From a virus (lineage: Duplodnaviria; Caudoviricetes): a stretch of DNA of 59,335 nt. Below the pieces are notes generated by a model. It made no database searches, had not been told where the DNA came from, and worked only from the letters and a program-made list of their open reading frames with translations. Position numbers and translations under genes: made by a program. Shown here piece after piece: positions 30,507 to 40,455 of the stretch. The stretch spans positions 1-59,335 of the IMG/VR virus record IMGVR_UViG_3300029268_000019; one strand, 5' to 3'. How positions within the stretch are numbered: position 1 is the stretch's first letter; every line of letters starts with the position of its first letter.

Positions 30507-30687
30507 ATGCTTCTTTTTTCCCTTCTTTCAATAATGACTTTTGTATTTCTTGTTGGGTCATCCAAGTATCTTCTTTCCAATATTCACAAGTATTTTCGTG
30601 AACATTTTCTATGATTAGTCTAGTTACTGAACATCTGCTGTTTACTAGTCTCAATCTAATGCAGTGGTAACAATCTTTTTTCATCAT
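30505..30687 (-). CDS. Small Cys-containing hypothetical protein
   Basis: CYHC...C...CEYW. Confidence 0.45.
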   Translation of the reverse strand: MMKKDCYHCIRLRLVNSRCSVTRLIIENVHENTCEYWKEDTWMTQQEIQKSLLKEGKKEA

Positions 30688-30826
30688 GACAAAAGTTATT
30701 ATTTTTTGAATATCTACATAGATAGTATTAATTTATTTTTATTTTACGATGTTATATATTTAGGAAACCAACCCGTTTTTTTCATTTGTAGAAATTAATA
30801 TATAATGAAAAATAACAATAGTTTCT

Positions 30827-31099
30827 ATGTATTTGATAACGGATTTTAAACTATTTGAGAATAAGATGTTTGGTGTTAATGATTTAGATTACATTGATAG
30901 TTTTACCGAAATTTTTAATGTGTTTTCACAAATGAAAGATTTCAAACTCATAGATGAAAATGGTAAATTAATAGTTGACATTGATTCCATAGGTACAAAA
31001 GTACCAGAATTTGATGATATGTTTGATACTGAAGATGAATACTATGAAATGTTATTTATTGTCAAAGACATAATAGATAAATATTACAAAAAAATATAA
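30827..31099 (+). CDS. Small acidic protein with capsid-targeting-like N-terminus
   Basis: MYLITDFKLFE; late promoter 30795-30804. Confidence 0.55.
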   Translation: MYLITDFKLFENKMFGVNDLDYIDSFTEIFNVFSQMKDFKLIDENGKLIVDIDSIGTKVPEFDDMFDTEDEYYEMLFIVKDIIDKYYKKI

Positions 31100-31105
31100 A
31101 GTCTG

Positions 31106-31345
31106 ATGAAGTATTTAAAAAATATTGATCAATTTCTGATGGATGAAAATTTTGTAGGAAGAACAATAATAGATATTTTTGAACATGCAGCTGAGATTTT
31201 AAATTATTTCAGGACAAATCAATATCACAAAACGAAAGATGGATTGAAAAACGCTTTATCAGATTGGATGGATAATGAATTCTATACGATGGATGATAGA
31301 TCAAAAATAGAACCTTTTTTAGATAAGTATTTAAAAGTCATTTAA
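31106..31345 (+). CDS. Small protein with capsid-targeting-like N-terminus
   Basis: MKYLKNIDQFLMDE. Confidence 0.55.
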   Translation: MKYLKNIDQFLMDENFVGRTIIDIFEHAAEILNYFRTNQYHKTKDGLKNALSDWMDNEFYTMDDRSKIEPFLDKYLKVI

Positions 31346-31380
31346 AAATTAATATATACTTAAAAAATAATAAATTAAAT

Positions 31381-31662
31381 ATGCCAGTAATAGATAACCC
31401 AACAGTAAGAGCTTATGATGATCCTCGTCACATTAATTCTGTATATTTTTCCGATTTGCCACTTAGAGCTGATGACGCATCAATTGCACAATATTGTACT
31501 CAAAATAGTATAACATTAGTCAGTTATTTAAGGGATCCGGCGGAAGGTTCAAGATTTTCAAATGATGGTGGTAGATTGTATAACTATTGGGACACCGTAA
31601 CAAGTTTATGGATGAATAAATTTGGTTATGAGCCAGTTGTTGTGGAATTAACATACTCGTAA
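31381..31662 (+). CDS. Small late (probably structural) protein
   Basis: Late promoter 31349-31358. Confidence 0.55.
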   Translation: MPVIDNPTVRAYDDPRHINSVYFSDLPLRADDASIAQYCTQNSITLVSYLRDPAEGSRFSNDGGRLYNYWDTVTSLWMNKFGYEPVVVELTYS

Positions 31663-31663
31663 T

Positions 31664-32005
31664 ATGATACTTAATTATAACGATTTTCTTAAAGAAGATA
31701 GAAACTTTAATGATCTTCGATATAGTAACATGGAACAAGAATTTGAACCATCTGTTACTGTATTACAAAAATCGTATTATGAAGAATTGGATAAATTATA
31801 TCATTCTAATATTCAAAAATATAGATTGATATTGGATATATTAAAATCAAATAAGGAAGTGAATGATAGAATTGGTAAAAAAACACCTTTTTCTTTTTTC
31901 AAAAGTCTAATAAATCTACCAGAAAATAGATTAAGATTGATTTTAAAGACATGGAAAGAATTGAAAGAAGATGATTGGTATTTACCAGAAGTTAAAAAGA
32001 AATAA
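31664..32005 (+). CDS. Protein with capsid-targeting-like N-terminus
   Basis: MILNYNDFLKE. Confidence 0.55.
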   Translation: MILNYNDFLKEDRNFNDLRYSNMEQEFEPSVTVLQKSYYEELDKLYHSNIQKYRLILDILKSNKEVNDRIGKKTPFSFFKSLINLPENRLRLILKTWKELKEDDWYLPEVKKK

Positions 32006-32012
32006 ATTAATT

Positions 32013-32390
32013 ATGAAAAAATTTAAAGATTTTATTTTGGAATCAACCGATACTGATGATAGAGGAGAAATGACAAGTGATCGTTATCTAAAAGTAAGAC
32101 GATTTGAATTTAAATTTAATGGTGTCATTGATAAAAATGGTTTCGTAAAAAATTTATCCGATGATTTATTGAAAATTAAAGAGAAATTAGGAATAGAAAT
32201 AAATTTTAATCCAAATGATGTAGTATATAATTATTTTGATCATCAATATAATACATCACATGGAAAAATAATGAAAGGTTCTAGTGCTGAAGTTAAATTA
32301 GATACAAGAGATCTTAAATTGAAAGATTTATGGGCTGTACAAGAAATACTTGAAAGAGTTCGTTATTTTTCGGTTTCATTTGAAAAATAA
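32013..32390 (+). CDS. Protein with capsid-targeting-like N-terminus (start moved)
   Basis: MKKFKDFILE. Confidence 0.55.
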   Translation: MKKFKDFILESTDTDDRGEMTSDRYLKVRRFEFKFNGVIDKNGFVKNLSDDLLKIKEKLGIEINFNPNDVVYNYFDHQYNTSHGKIMKGSSAEVKLDTRDLKLKDLWAVQEILERVRYFSVSFEK

Positions 32391-32938
32391 ATAGATCCAT
32401 CAACTTCATTTCCAAATACATCCCAATTATCTCTTTTATTTCTAGCAAACAATTCAAGTTTGTCACCGTTTGTAACCTTTTCTATAAGATTATAAGTTTC
32501 AATAGGTTTTTTAGAATGTGAATCTCTTCTAGACATTATAATATTTGGGGATCTCAAGTTCGGTGGAATTTTAAATTTTCCTTTTGTTGCAAATAGAATA
32601 TGTTCGGTTGAACCACGAAAATAAAATCCCATTCCATTGTTTATTGGTTTACCAGAATTATCAATTTTAACCCAAGTTATCATTGTTTGGTATTTGAAAC
32701 CCCAAGATTTGACAACTTCAAAACCCAATTGTATTTTTGGATTTGTAACCCATAAAAATAAACATGAATCATCTTTGGATATTTCATTTATAGGTAATGA
32801 ACAAATATCTTCGATACTCATTGTTTGGTAATGACTTTGTGGATTTCCACCACGATGTTCCTTTTTCCTTTCTTTCATTTTGCCATAATCCCAAGGTGGG
32901 TCGGCATAAATAACATCATATTTTTTATTTTGAATCAT
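32363..32938 (-). CDS. MT-A70 family adenine methyltransferase
   Basis: YDVIYADPPW, LFLWVTN, HSKKP, KLELFAR, WDVFGNE. Confidence 0.9.
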   Translation of the reverse strand: MIQNKKYDVIYADPPWDYGKMKERKKEHRGGNPQSHYQTMSIEDICSLPINEISKDDSCLFLWVTNPKIQLGFEVVKSWGFKYQTMITWVKIDNSGKPINNGMGFYFRGSTEHILFATKGKFKIPPNLRSPNIIMSRRDSHSKKPIETYNLIEKVTNGDKLELFARNKRDNWDVFGNEVDGSIYFSNETEK

Positions 32939-33748
32939 TATCCTTTTTCATTTTATTCAAAAAATCACCTAATTGTCCTAATACATTAGTCAGATTTTCA
33001 TGAACACTATCACCAATTTTTCCCCCAGCTGACAACCCATTCTTCTGCATTATTTTCATAAACAAATCAATCTTTTCTTGTGCTGAAGCTTTTTCAAAAT
33101 CGAAATCTGCATATTCTGGGTTTGATTCTTTGAATTTATTATAAAGACAATTATCTTCACAATCCATTCCGAATGAAGAAGTTTTTTTAAGTGGTTTGCC
33201 ACAAATGGGGCATTTTAACCCCAATCCTTTAAAAAGTAAATTATCGAACATATTTTTTTGTTTTTTTAATGTAATTTATTATCAATGGTACGACATATGT
33301 ATAAAACATATACAACCACACAAGGCTGGTTGATATTAAAATAAATATCAATAAAATTACCATCATACCAAATCAACAGAATTTAATGGTAATTCAAAAA
33401 AAGGAGAACCTGTTTCATCACAAAAAGCTTTTCCATTTGGTGAAATACAACCATATGTATAATTAGTATATTCGTATACCATATCACCTTTTTTTAAATC
33501 ATTATCTAACCAATGACATTCTTTGGTTGTTACATCTCTTGTTAATACAAATTTTTTCATAATTTTATTTATTTTTTAGCCCAATCTTCATGTAATTTTA
33601 CAGCATTATTACAAATGCAAAATCTTCCTATACATAAAATCCAATAGTCGGGAAACTTTTGATAATCGAAAAATAACCATTTCCCATCCATAAACTTTAC
33701 AATAACAAAATTGGTTCTACCAATTAACCAATATTTTTTTCTTTTCAT
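32925..33748 (-). other. Small hypothetical genes (32925-33251, 33363-33560, 33569-33748)
   Basis: Co-oriented small ORFs. Confidence 0.5.
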
Positions 33749-33784
33749 TCTGATAATATAAAGTTACACTTTAAATTTACATGT

Positions 33785-34570
33785 TTATTTAAAGTATATT
33801 ATATCCCATTTTCCATCATGTGTTTCAGATAATGCTGAAAAATTCTCAACAAAATCACCACTATTCATATAAGACTTACCTTTAATTGTTTTAATTTCAG
33901 GTAAATGTATATGACCACAAATAACACCATCAACAGTTAAACGTTTACACAATGTTTTAATTTTATTCTTATAACTACTTACTATCTTCAATAAACTTTT
34001 AACGATGGAACGACTAGAATCTGTCAAAGCATAATATTCCAACTCTTTTTTAAGTGGTTTATTTTTCTTAAAAACGTGACCAGTGTGTACCTTTTGTAAG
34101 TGATTACAAAAAGTTATTACTTGTTTAATGAATCTTTCTATAATAGGTGTATCTGAAACAAAATTATTGAAAATAAGTTTATGTCCATGTGATATAAAAT
34201 GTAATTTTTTATTGAAATCAACATAATCATAATTATTTCGTATAATCAAATTATGATTAGTAGGTAAATACTTTTTTAAATCGAAATCGTGATTACCAGT
34301 TATAAATATGACTTTTCCTTTTACTATTTCCAAAATATCAAAAAGACAATCCACATTTATTTCAGAACCAATGGTTTTAAGGTATTTAATATCAATTATA
34401 TCACCATTCAAAATTAAAATATCTGCACTATTCTGTTTAAGAAAGTCGTACAATTTTTCAACATTGGATTCTTCACTACCAATGTGAGTATCTGATACTA
34501 TTAAAGTCCTATATTTATTCATTTCAATTAAGATAATAAATATTTTCAGAATAAAAAAACTTTCCCTCAA
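33785..34570 (-). CDS. LpxH-like metallophosphoesterase (UDP-2,3-diacylglucosamine hydrolase family)
   Basis: SDTHIG, LNGDIID, GNHD, SHGH, CGHIH, YMNSGDFVE. Confidence 0.8.
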   Translation of the reverse strand: MRESFFILKIFIILIEMNKYRTLIVSDTHIGSEESNVEKLYDFLKQNSADILILNGDIIDIKYLKTIGSEINVDCLFDILEIVKGKVIFITGNHDFDLKKYLPTNHNLIIRNNYDYVDFNKKLHFISHGHKLIFNNFVSDTPIIERFIKQVITFCNHLQKVHTGHVFKKNKPLKKELEYYALTDSSRSIVKSLLKIVSSYKNKIKTLCKRLTVDGVICGHIHLPEIKTIKGKSYMNSGDFVENFSALSETHDGKWDIIYFK

Positions 34571-34606
34571 TTTTTCTTTAAAAAGGGAAAATTAATCTTA
34601 CTGAAT

Positions 34607-35440
34607 ATGATATGGAATTTTTCAAAAGAAGTTGAGCCAAATTTTTGTGAAAGACAATATTTTAAAAGGGTGGCAGAAAAATTATCACCACATTTTGATG
34701 ATAGTTACAATTTAATTATATCTTGTTGTTACGATGAAACATTAGAACTATACAATAAAGATAAAAAAAATATCGTCATATATTTAAGTGATGAATATGG
34801 TATTTTCAAAAGTTGGTTTAATAAAGTTGATTTGGTATTCAGAACATATCCCAGAAAAGGATTTTTTGATAATCTGAAAATATTCCCTATTCCACTTGGT
34901 TTAGTAATGCCTGATTTTGTAACTTATGAATTGGAAAAACCAAAAAAGAAATTGAGTGAAAGAAAATACGATTACTTTTATAGTGGACAACCATCACCCA
35001 ATAGAACACAATTTGTCAATCAAATAAAAAATGTTGTTAAACAATTACCAGAATTAAATGGTATAATAAGAGAAACAACTAGTTTTAGAACTGGTTATCC
35101 CATAGACGAATATTTTCAAATATTAAATGATACAAAAATATCATTTGTCCCTTTGGGTAAAGTTATACCAGAAAGTTTTCGTTTTATGGAATCGTTTGAA
35201 TCTGAATGTGTTGTAGTAACAGATTTTCCATTAAATATGAATAAAGATATTTGGTATTATAGAGAATGTCCCGCTTATGTAATTAATTTTTATTCACAAA
35301 TCACACCGGATTTAATTAAAAACATATTACAAAATATAGATTCCAATCAAGAAAAAAGTATAAAATATTACAATGATAAATTATCAACAGATGCTACATG
35401 TAAATTCATCATTGATACAATAAATAAGAAATTTGCATGA
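34607..35440 (+). CDS. Exostosin (GT47)-like glycosyltransferase
   Basis: RKYDYFYSGQ, EYFQILNDTKISFVPLG, SFRFMES. Confidence 0.6.
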   Translation: MIWNFSKEVEPNFCERQYFKRVAEKLSPHFDDSYNLIISCCYDETLELYNKDKKNIVIYLSDEYGIFKSWFNKVDLVFRTYPRKGFFDNLKIFPIPLGLVMPDFVTYELEKPKKKLSERKYDYFYSGQPSPNRTQFVNQIKNVVKQLPELNGIIRETTSFRTGYPIDEYFQILNDTKISFVPLGKVIPESFRFMESFESECVVVTDFPLNMNKDIWYYRECPAYVINFYSQITPDLIKNILQNIDSNQEKSIKYYNDKLSTDATCKFIIDTINKKFA

Positions 35441-36618
35441 TGAAAAGGGGTGTAGGATTTTTCTGTCCTGAGAATTATCTTTATTTGAGTAATGTTCCTT
35501 TCGTAGAATATAATGGTAAACAATTAAAAGCTTCAAATTTATTAAATATTATAAATGATATTATAATAAAATTTCAGTTAAACACCGATGATGACTACGA
35601 TGTAGATGATTATAAATTTAATTTATACAGTAGAATATTAAGAAGTAGATATGGTAAATTCTATAAATATTACATAGATTATTTGGTTGAAACAAATTTT
35701 ATGAAAATGACATCCAACTATTATGTTGGTAAAAAATCCAAAACTTATGTTTTGAATTGGTTTGATTTGGAGAAGATTAAAAGGGTAAAAGTTTATGATA
35801 ACATAATAAATAAAAGGATAAACAAAGATTATTTAAGAAATATTCTTTATAATGATAGTCCTATTAATATTGATTTAAGAAAAAGATTAGTTGAAGATTT
35901 ATATAGTGTTACTATAAATAGTGAAAAGTCATTAGAACTCATAAAGACATTAAAAGATGATAATCAACTTACAAAAGAGAAATATTTTAAAAATTATTAC
36001 TCTATAAATAATGTTAAAGATTGTCATTTATATTTCATTTTTGATGATTATGGTAGATTTCATACGAATTTTACAGTTTTGAAAAAAGAGATAAGAAAAA
36101 ACTATCTTAAAATAAACGGTGAAAATGTAGAAGAGATAGATTTACCCAATTCACAACCATTCTTCTTATCAAGAATATTAAGAGATGTAATGGATATTTC
36201 GGATCCGGAATTAAAATTATTTACAGAATTAGTAGAGGGTGGAATGTTTTATGACTATATAATATATCACAATCCTGAATATTTTGATGGTAAAAATGAT
36301 AGAGTTAATGCTAAAAAATTAACATATAAAGTTCTTTTTGGTCATAATGGTGTGAAATCGATTCAAAGTTTAATATTTAAAAAATTATTTCCTAAAATAT
36401 TTGACCATATCTTACTTTTTAAGAAAGATAATTATAAGAATTTGTGTTATAAATTAATGAGAATGGAAAGTGATTTTGTTTTTGGAAAAGTTGTTCCGGA
36501 TATTTACAAACAAATAAAAGGTATTAGAATTTTTACAGTTCACGACTCAATATCTTTTCAAGCTAGATATAAAGATAAGATAAAACAAATATTCGATTAT
36601 CATTTTAAAAATAGTTAA
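35437..36618 (+). CDS. Compact family A polymerase-like protein
   Basis: GRFHT, motif A EIDLPNSQ, motif B RVNAKKLTYKVLFG, motif C TVHDS; no exonuclease domain. Confidence 0.7.
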   Translation: MMKRGVGFFCPENYLYLSNVPFVEYNGKQLKASNLLNIINDIIIKFQLNTDDDYDVDDYKFNLYSRILRSRYGKFYKYYIDYLVETNFMKMTSNYYVGKKSKTYVLNWFDLEKIKRVKVYDNIINKRINKDYLRNILYNDSPINIDLRKRLVEDLYSVTINSEKSLELIKTLKDDNQLTKEKYFKNYYSINNVKDCHLYFIFDDYGRFHTNFTVLKKEIRKNYLKINGENVEEIDLPNSQPFFLSRILRDVMDISDPELKLFTELVEGGMFYDYIIYHNPEYFDGKNDRVNAKKLTYKVLFGHNGVKSIQSLIFKKLFPKIFDHILLFKKDNYKNLCYKLMRMESDFVFGKVVPDIYKQIKGIRIFTVHDSISFQARYKDKIKQIFDYHFKNS

Positions 36619-36621
36619 AAT

Positions 36622-36650
36622 AAAAAACCCCAGATTACTGGGGTTTTCTT
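36622..36650. terminator. Bidirectional terminator
   Basis: AAAACCCCAG-atta-CTGGGGTTTT. Confidence 0.8.
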
Positions 36651-36652
36651 TT

Positions 36653-37141
36653 TTATTCTTCAGCATCTTCATCATCCGGAAATGTAATTGGTATAAAGTA
36701 ATCACCACCACCTATATTTTCAGCAATATAATCACTATAATTAATCCCTGTTCCAGAAGTTCCAGAAGTTCCAGATATACCCGAAGAACCACTATAACTA
36801 TAATTACTATAAACTGACATTTTGAATGATGATTTCCAATTCCATTCATCATTGACAAGTTGATTGAATTCGTGTTGTTCTAATTCTAAAATTTCATCAA
36901 CTGACATTTCAACCATTTTAATTACCAAATCATAATCCTTTTCGTGACATTGTGGTTTGGATAAATCAAAATCCAGATTGAATTTTTTACCACCGACTAT
37001 TTTCTGTAATTCCTTGTTAAGTAAATCGGCCGCTTTAACCCTGTAAGCTTTAATTGATTCTTTGTACTCGTCTTTGTGCTTCTTCCTGTTTTCGACAAGA
37101 ATTCTCAAAAGTTCATCTTTGTTCACTCTTACTGTTTTCAT
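36653..37141 (-). CDS. Hypothetical protein with SGTSG repeat tail
   Basis: SGSSGISGTSGTSGTG. Confidence 0.6.
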   Translation of the reverse strand: MKTVRVNKDELLRILVENRKKHKDEYKESIKAYRVKAADLLNKELQKIVGGKKFNLDFDLSKPQCHEKDYDLVIKMVEMSVDEILELEQHEFNQLVNDEWNWKSSFKMSVYSNYSYSGSSGISGTSGTSGTGINYSDYIAENIGGGDYFIPITFPDDEDAEE

Positions 37142-37257
37142 AATAAATTGTTATTTTTTTTGTAAAAATGAGCATTTTAAATTCTTTATTAGAGCAATTC
37201 TAATATTATTTTTAACGATGTTCAGAAATTATATATTATAACAATTCGGGTCAAAAC

Positions 37258-37935
37258 TTAATTACACCAATCAAATCTTAATTCACCATTTGGGAATAAA
37301 GTTTGTTTAGTTTCATCATATATTGGTTCTGGTAAATTAAATAGTGGAGATAAGTCTGTATCCCTTTTATCATTATTATCCCTAATTACCCAATAGGATA
37401 CGTTATTTAATCCAATCTCGTCAAGATGACATATCATATCTTTTAATTGATCTGGGGTGTTTATACCATCTTTAAACAAGGGAATATTTATTCTGATGAT
37501 TAGATTAGTAATCTTTTCGATTTCTTTAATTTCTTCCATTGTTGGTGGAAGTTCTTTTGAATGTAAAGTTGATTGAGATATTTTTGGATTTATATTATGA
37601 ACAGTTACATATAAGTGTGTAAGTCCCATATTTTTCCAATCTTTCAATAATTCGATAGAATCTTTTAATAAAATCCCATTCGTATATAATTTTATTTTTC
37701 TTATTTTAAATTCTCTTATTGTATGTAAAGTTCTATATATATTACTTGGTTGTAACAATGGTTCACCCCCACCGGAAATAGATAATTCTTCAATGGTATC
37801 TTTATTATCTTTTACAATTGATTTAAACAAATCAAATTTGAAAGAATTTTGTGTTCTGTGTTGTTTTCCCGCACAGAATGAACAACTGGCATTACAACCT
37901 TTATTACATACCAGTACACCTAACTTTTTTATCAT
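37258..37935 (-). CDS. Radical SAM protein
   Basis: CNASCSFC, ISGGGEP, YTNG. Confidence 0.85.
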   Translation of the reverse strand: MIKKLGVLVCNKGCNASCSFCAGKQHRTQNSFKFDLFKSIVKDNKDTIEELSISGGGEPLLQPSNIYRTLHTIREFKIRKIKLYTNGILLKDSIELLKDWKNMGLTHLYVTVHNINPKISQSTLHSKELPPTMEEIKEIEKITNLIIRINIPLFKDGINTPDQLKDMICHLDEIGLNNVSYWVIRDNNDKRDTDLSPLFNLPEPIYDETKQTLFPNGELRFDWCN

Positions 37936-37941
37936 TTTTAT

Positions 37942-38107
37942 AAATTAGAAAAATATGACTTTTTTACTTTAATACGAAACATGATCGTGATGAAAACGCT
38001 GCCAAAAATATAAAAAATTTTGGGTTGAGTAACCAACCCAGCATCACTCAAAGTGAATGGTTACATTGTGCTTGTGATGTAGAAACTACTAATTAGTAAT
38101 GGTTCAC
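37942..38107 (+). mobile_element. Internally deleted IS200/IS605 (TnpB) remnant
   Basis: Encodes KHDRDENAAKNIK (TnpB C-terminus); follows TTTAT and ends GTTCAC. Confidence 0.75.
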
Positions 38108-38982
38108 CCCAGTTGACATATAGCACCTTCTTTAATCCATGAATAATAAACTCCACCATCTTGTAAAACAACTAATTGCCTTACGAAATCTTTTTTTGGA
38201 TCGTGTTTTGTTACATAATCAGTAAGACGAACAATCTTTCCATTCAAATCATATACACCACCACCCCATTCATGTGAATGACATAATTTTCCATTTTTGT
38301 GTAACCATCTCCATATTTTATATTGATTCAATTTTGATGGTGTAAATTCATTTCTTGTACCATCTGGATTTCCAACTGTCCAAGCTGTAATATTATTATA
38401 TCCATAATCAAATAAAGTATTTAGTGTATGTTGAAATAGAAAAGGGGTATCAATTCCACCTTTTCTCAATAATATAGTAGCCCTTACACCTAGTCCATGT
38501 TTTTTTATATTATTACGAATTGTTTTGAATGATGGGTATTCTCTAATACCATAAATTTTAGCTTGTTCCCATTCAAAATAATGGTGAATAGAAATCACAA
38601 TGTTTGTTAATCCTAATTCTTTCCATATTGGTATCCATTTATCACAAAATGTTTCATCAGCAAAAAGAATACCATTGGTGAACATATTTACGTTAGGAAA
38701 ATATGCACCATCCTTAACACATTTTTGATATACTTTTAGAGCTTCTGTTACAGATTCCGGGTCACAAGTTGGTTCACCAGCGGATGTTAAAGATAAACTC
38801 CAACCACCATATTTTGATGATAATTTGATAGCGAATTCAAGATTTTTTATGTTTGTTTGATGAAGAATATCATCTCTTTTACCTCTTCCGAGGGTTTTTC
38901 CTGAACAGAATGGACAATTACCATTACATGAACCATTACCAATTACTGCGGATACGCTATAGATTTTTTCTATACATGCCAT
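38104..38982 (-). CDS. Radical SAM protein
   Basis: CNGNCPFC, TSAGEP, FTNG. Confidence 0.85.
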   Translation of the reverse strand: MACIEKIYSVSAVIGNGSCNGNCPFCSGKTLGRGKRDDILHQTNIKNLEFAIKLSSKYGGWSLSLTSAGEPTCDPESVTEALKVYQKCVKDGAYFPNVNMFTNGILFADETFCDKWIPIWKELGLTNIVISIHHYFEWEQAKIYGIREYPSFKTIRNNIKKHGLGVRATILLRKGGIDTPFLFQHTLNTLFDYGYNNITAWTVGNPDGTRNEFTPSKLNQYKIWRWLHKNGKLCHSHEWGGGVYDLNGKIVRLTDYVTKHDPKKDFVRQLVVLQDGGVYYSWIKEGAICQLG

Positions 38983-39027
38983 AAATCAATTATTTCTTCT
39001 ATTGTATAAGAAATTAATCAACTTGTT

Positions 39028-39990
39028 TTAGGACTTTGAATAAACTTTTTTATAATATTCATCGGAATTGAATATATCTACTATTTCAACGGTTCTATTT
39101 TTTGGTTGTACTATCACTTCCAATTCCCCCGGAAAAACCAATTCACTATTTAAGAATTTATGATTTTCTACCCAATTTGTATCTAATAATATTTCTGATG
39201 AATCGAACTTGTGTTTTAGAACAATACCTATTTCATTTTCTTTCATTGTTCTCATATCATCCAAACCTTTTTTACCACTAGCAAAAGATCTAGCTACACT
39301 TGGGTCTAAAGACCAACTTGGTTTATTACATTTAATAGTATCACCTATTTTAATTTCACCATTTTTAATTTTAACACAAATATCTTTGTTGAAATAATCT
39401 TCATAATCTGGAGCATAACATTTCAAATTTAAACCTCTATATAAAATTAAAGAATCAACAACGGGCATTAAATCACCCTTTAATCCTAGAAATTTATTCA
39501 TTTTAACCCACCATCCTACAGTTCCTCTTTGATATTTAGACCACCAATTTCTTATATCATAATAATCTGTATTTTGTAATGTATAATGAATATCCTTTTT
39601 TGTTTCTCTTTCAAATCTTCTAGAAAATAATTCTTCTGGTATTCTAGAAATAGGATAATTTTTGGTATCATATTTTTTTAAAGGTTGATTATCATAATTT
39701 AACCATTCATCTCTTGTCTTTGGAACTTTAAAAAAAGAAAATAATTCATTGTAACCATTTTTTGTCATTTTCCATTTTCCATTAACGAATTCAGCGTAAC
39801 CATTTTCATTTAAATATTTAACAGCTTCACCGAAAGTGACACCCATTCGATTATCTTTTATCCAATTTTTTTCATCCATTCCATCATTATCTTCATAAAT
39901 ATATAACATTTCCAACCAAGCCATTATTCTGACAAGTTTTTCATCGTAATCATTATTTTCTTTTATGTATTGAATAAATTTTGTTATCAT
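39028..39990 (-). CDS. ADP-ribosyltransferase-like protein (R-S-ExE) with capsid-targeting-like N-terminus
   Basis: MITKFIQYIKE; LILYRGL...PSWSLDPSVARSFA...GELEVIV. Confidence 0.7.
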   Translation of the reverse strand: MITKFIQYIKENNDYDEKLVRIMAWLEMLYIYEDNDGMDEKNWIKDNRMGVTFGEAVKYLNENGYAEFVNGKWKMTKNGYNELFSFFKVPKTRDEWLNYDNQPLKKYDTKNYPISRIPEELFSRRFERETKKDIHYTLQNTDYYDIRNWWSKYQRGTVGWWVKMNKFLGLKGDLMPVVDSLILYRGLNLKCYAPDYEDYFNKDICVKIKNGEIKIGDTIKCNKPSWSLDPSVARSFASGKKGLDDMRTMKENEIGIVLKHKFDSSEILLDTNWVENHKFLNSELVFPGELEVIVQPKNRTVEIVDIFNSDEYYKKVYSKS

Positions 39991-40436
39991 TCGGTTGTTA
40001 TTCCATCAAATTTTTCTTTACTTTTGGAAGCTTCAGATTTTGTTCCGAATGTTATTCCGTCTTTATGATTGGGTGGTGTATATATTGTATATATCTTTAA
40101 ATCTGATTTTCCTGTATTTATTATATTATGTGTACTACCACATGGGATTATTAAAACATCACCATTACCTACTATGTATTCATTTTCATTAATAATACAT
40201 TTACCTTCTCCAGCTTCAAATCTAAAAAATTGATCAACATTTGCATGTGTTTCTTTACCGATATCTTCACCGGGTTTTAGACTCATCAAAACAAGTTGCA
40301 TATGTTTACTTGTATATAATACTTTTCTAAAGTTATCATTTTTCAAAGTATCATTTTCTATGTTACTTGTGAAACCTTTTTGTTCCTGTTTCTTTACATT
40401 AAAATTTTCAAATGTTTTTAGATTTTTCATTTTCAT
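39987..40436 (-). CDS. Cupin domain protein with capsid-targeting-like N-terminus
   Basis: MKNLKTFENF; FRKVLYT..QLVLMSLKPGEDIGKETH..DQFF...HNIINTG. Confidence 0.85.
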   Translation of the reverse strand: MKMKNLKTFENFNVKKQEQKGFTSNIENDTLKNDNFRKVLYTSKHMQLVLMSLKPGEDIGKETHANVDQFFRFEAGEGKCIINENEYIVGNGDVLIIPCGSTHNIINTGKSDLKIYTIYTPPNHKDGITFGTKSEASKSKEKFDGITTE

Positions 40437-40455
40437 TATTTGTTTTTTAATTTTT

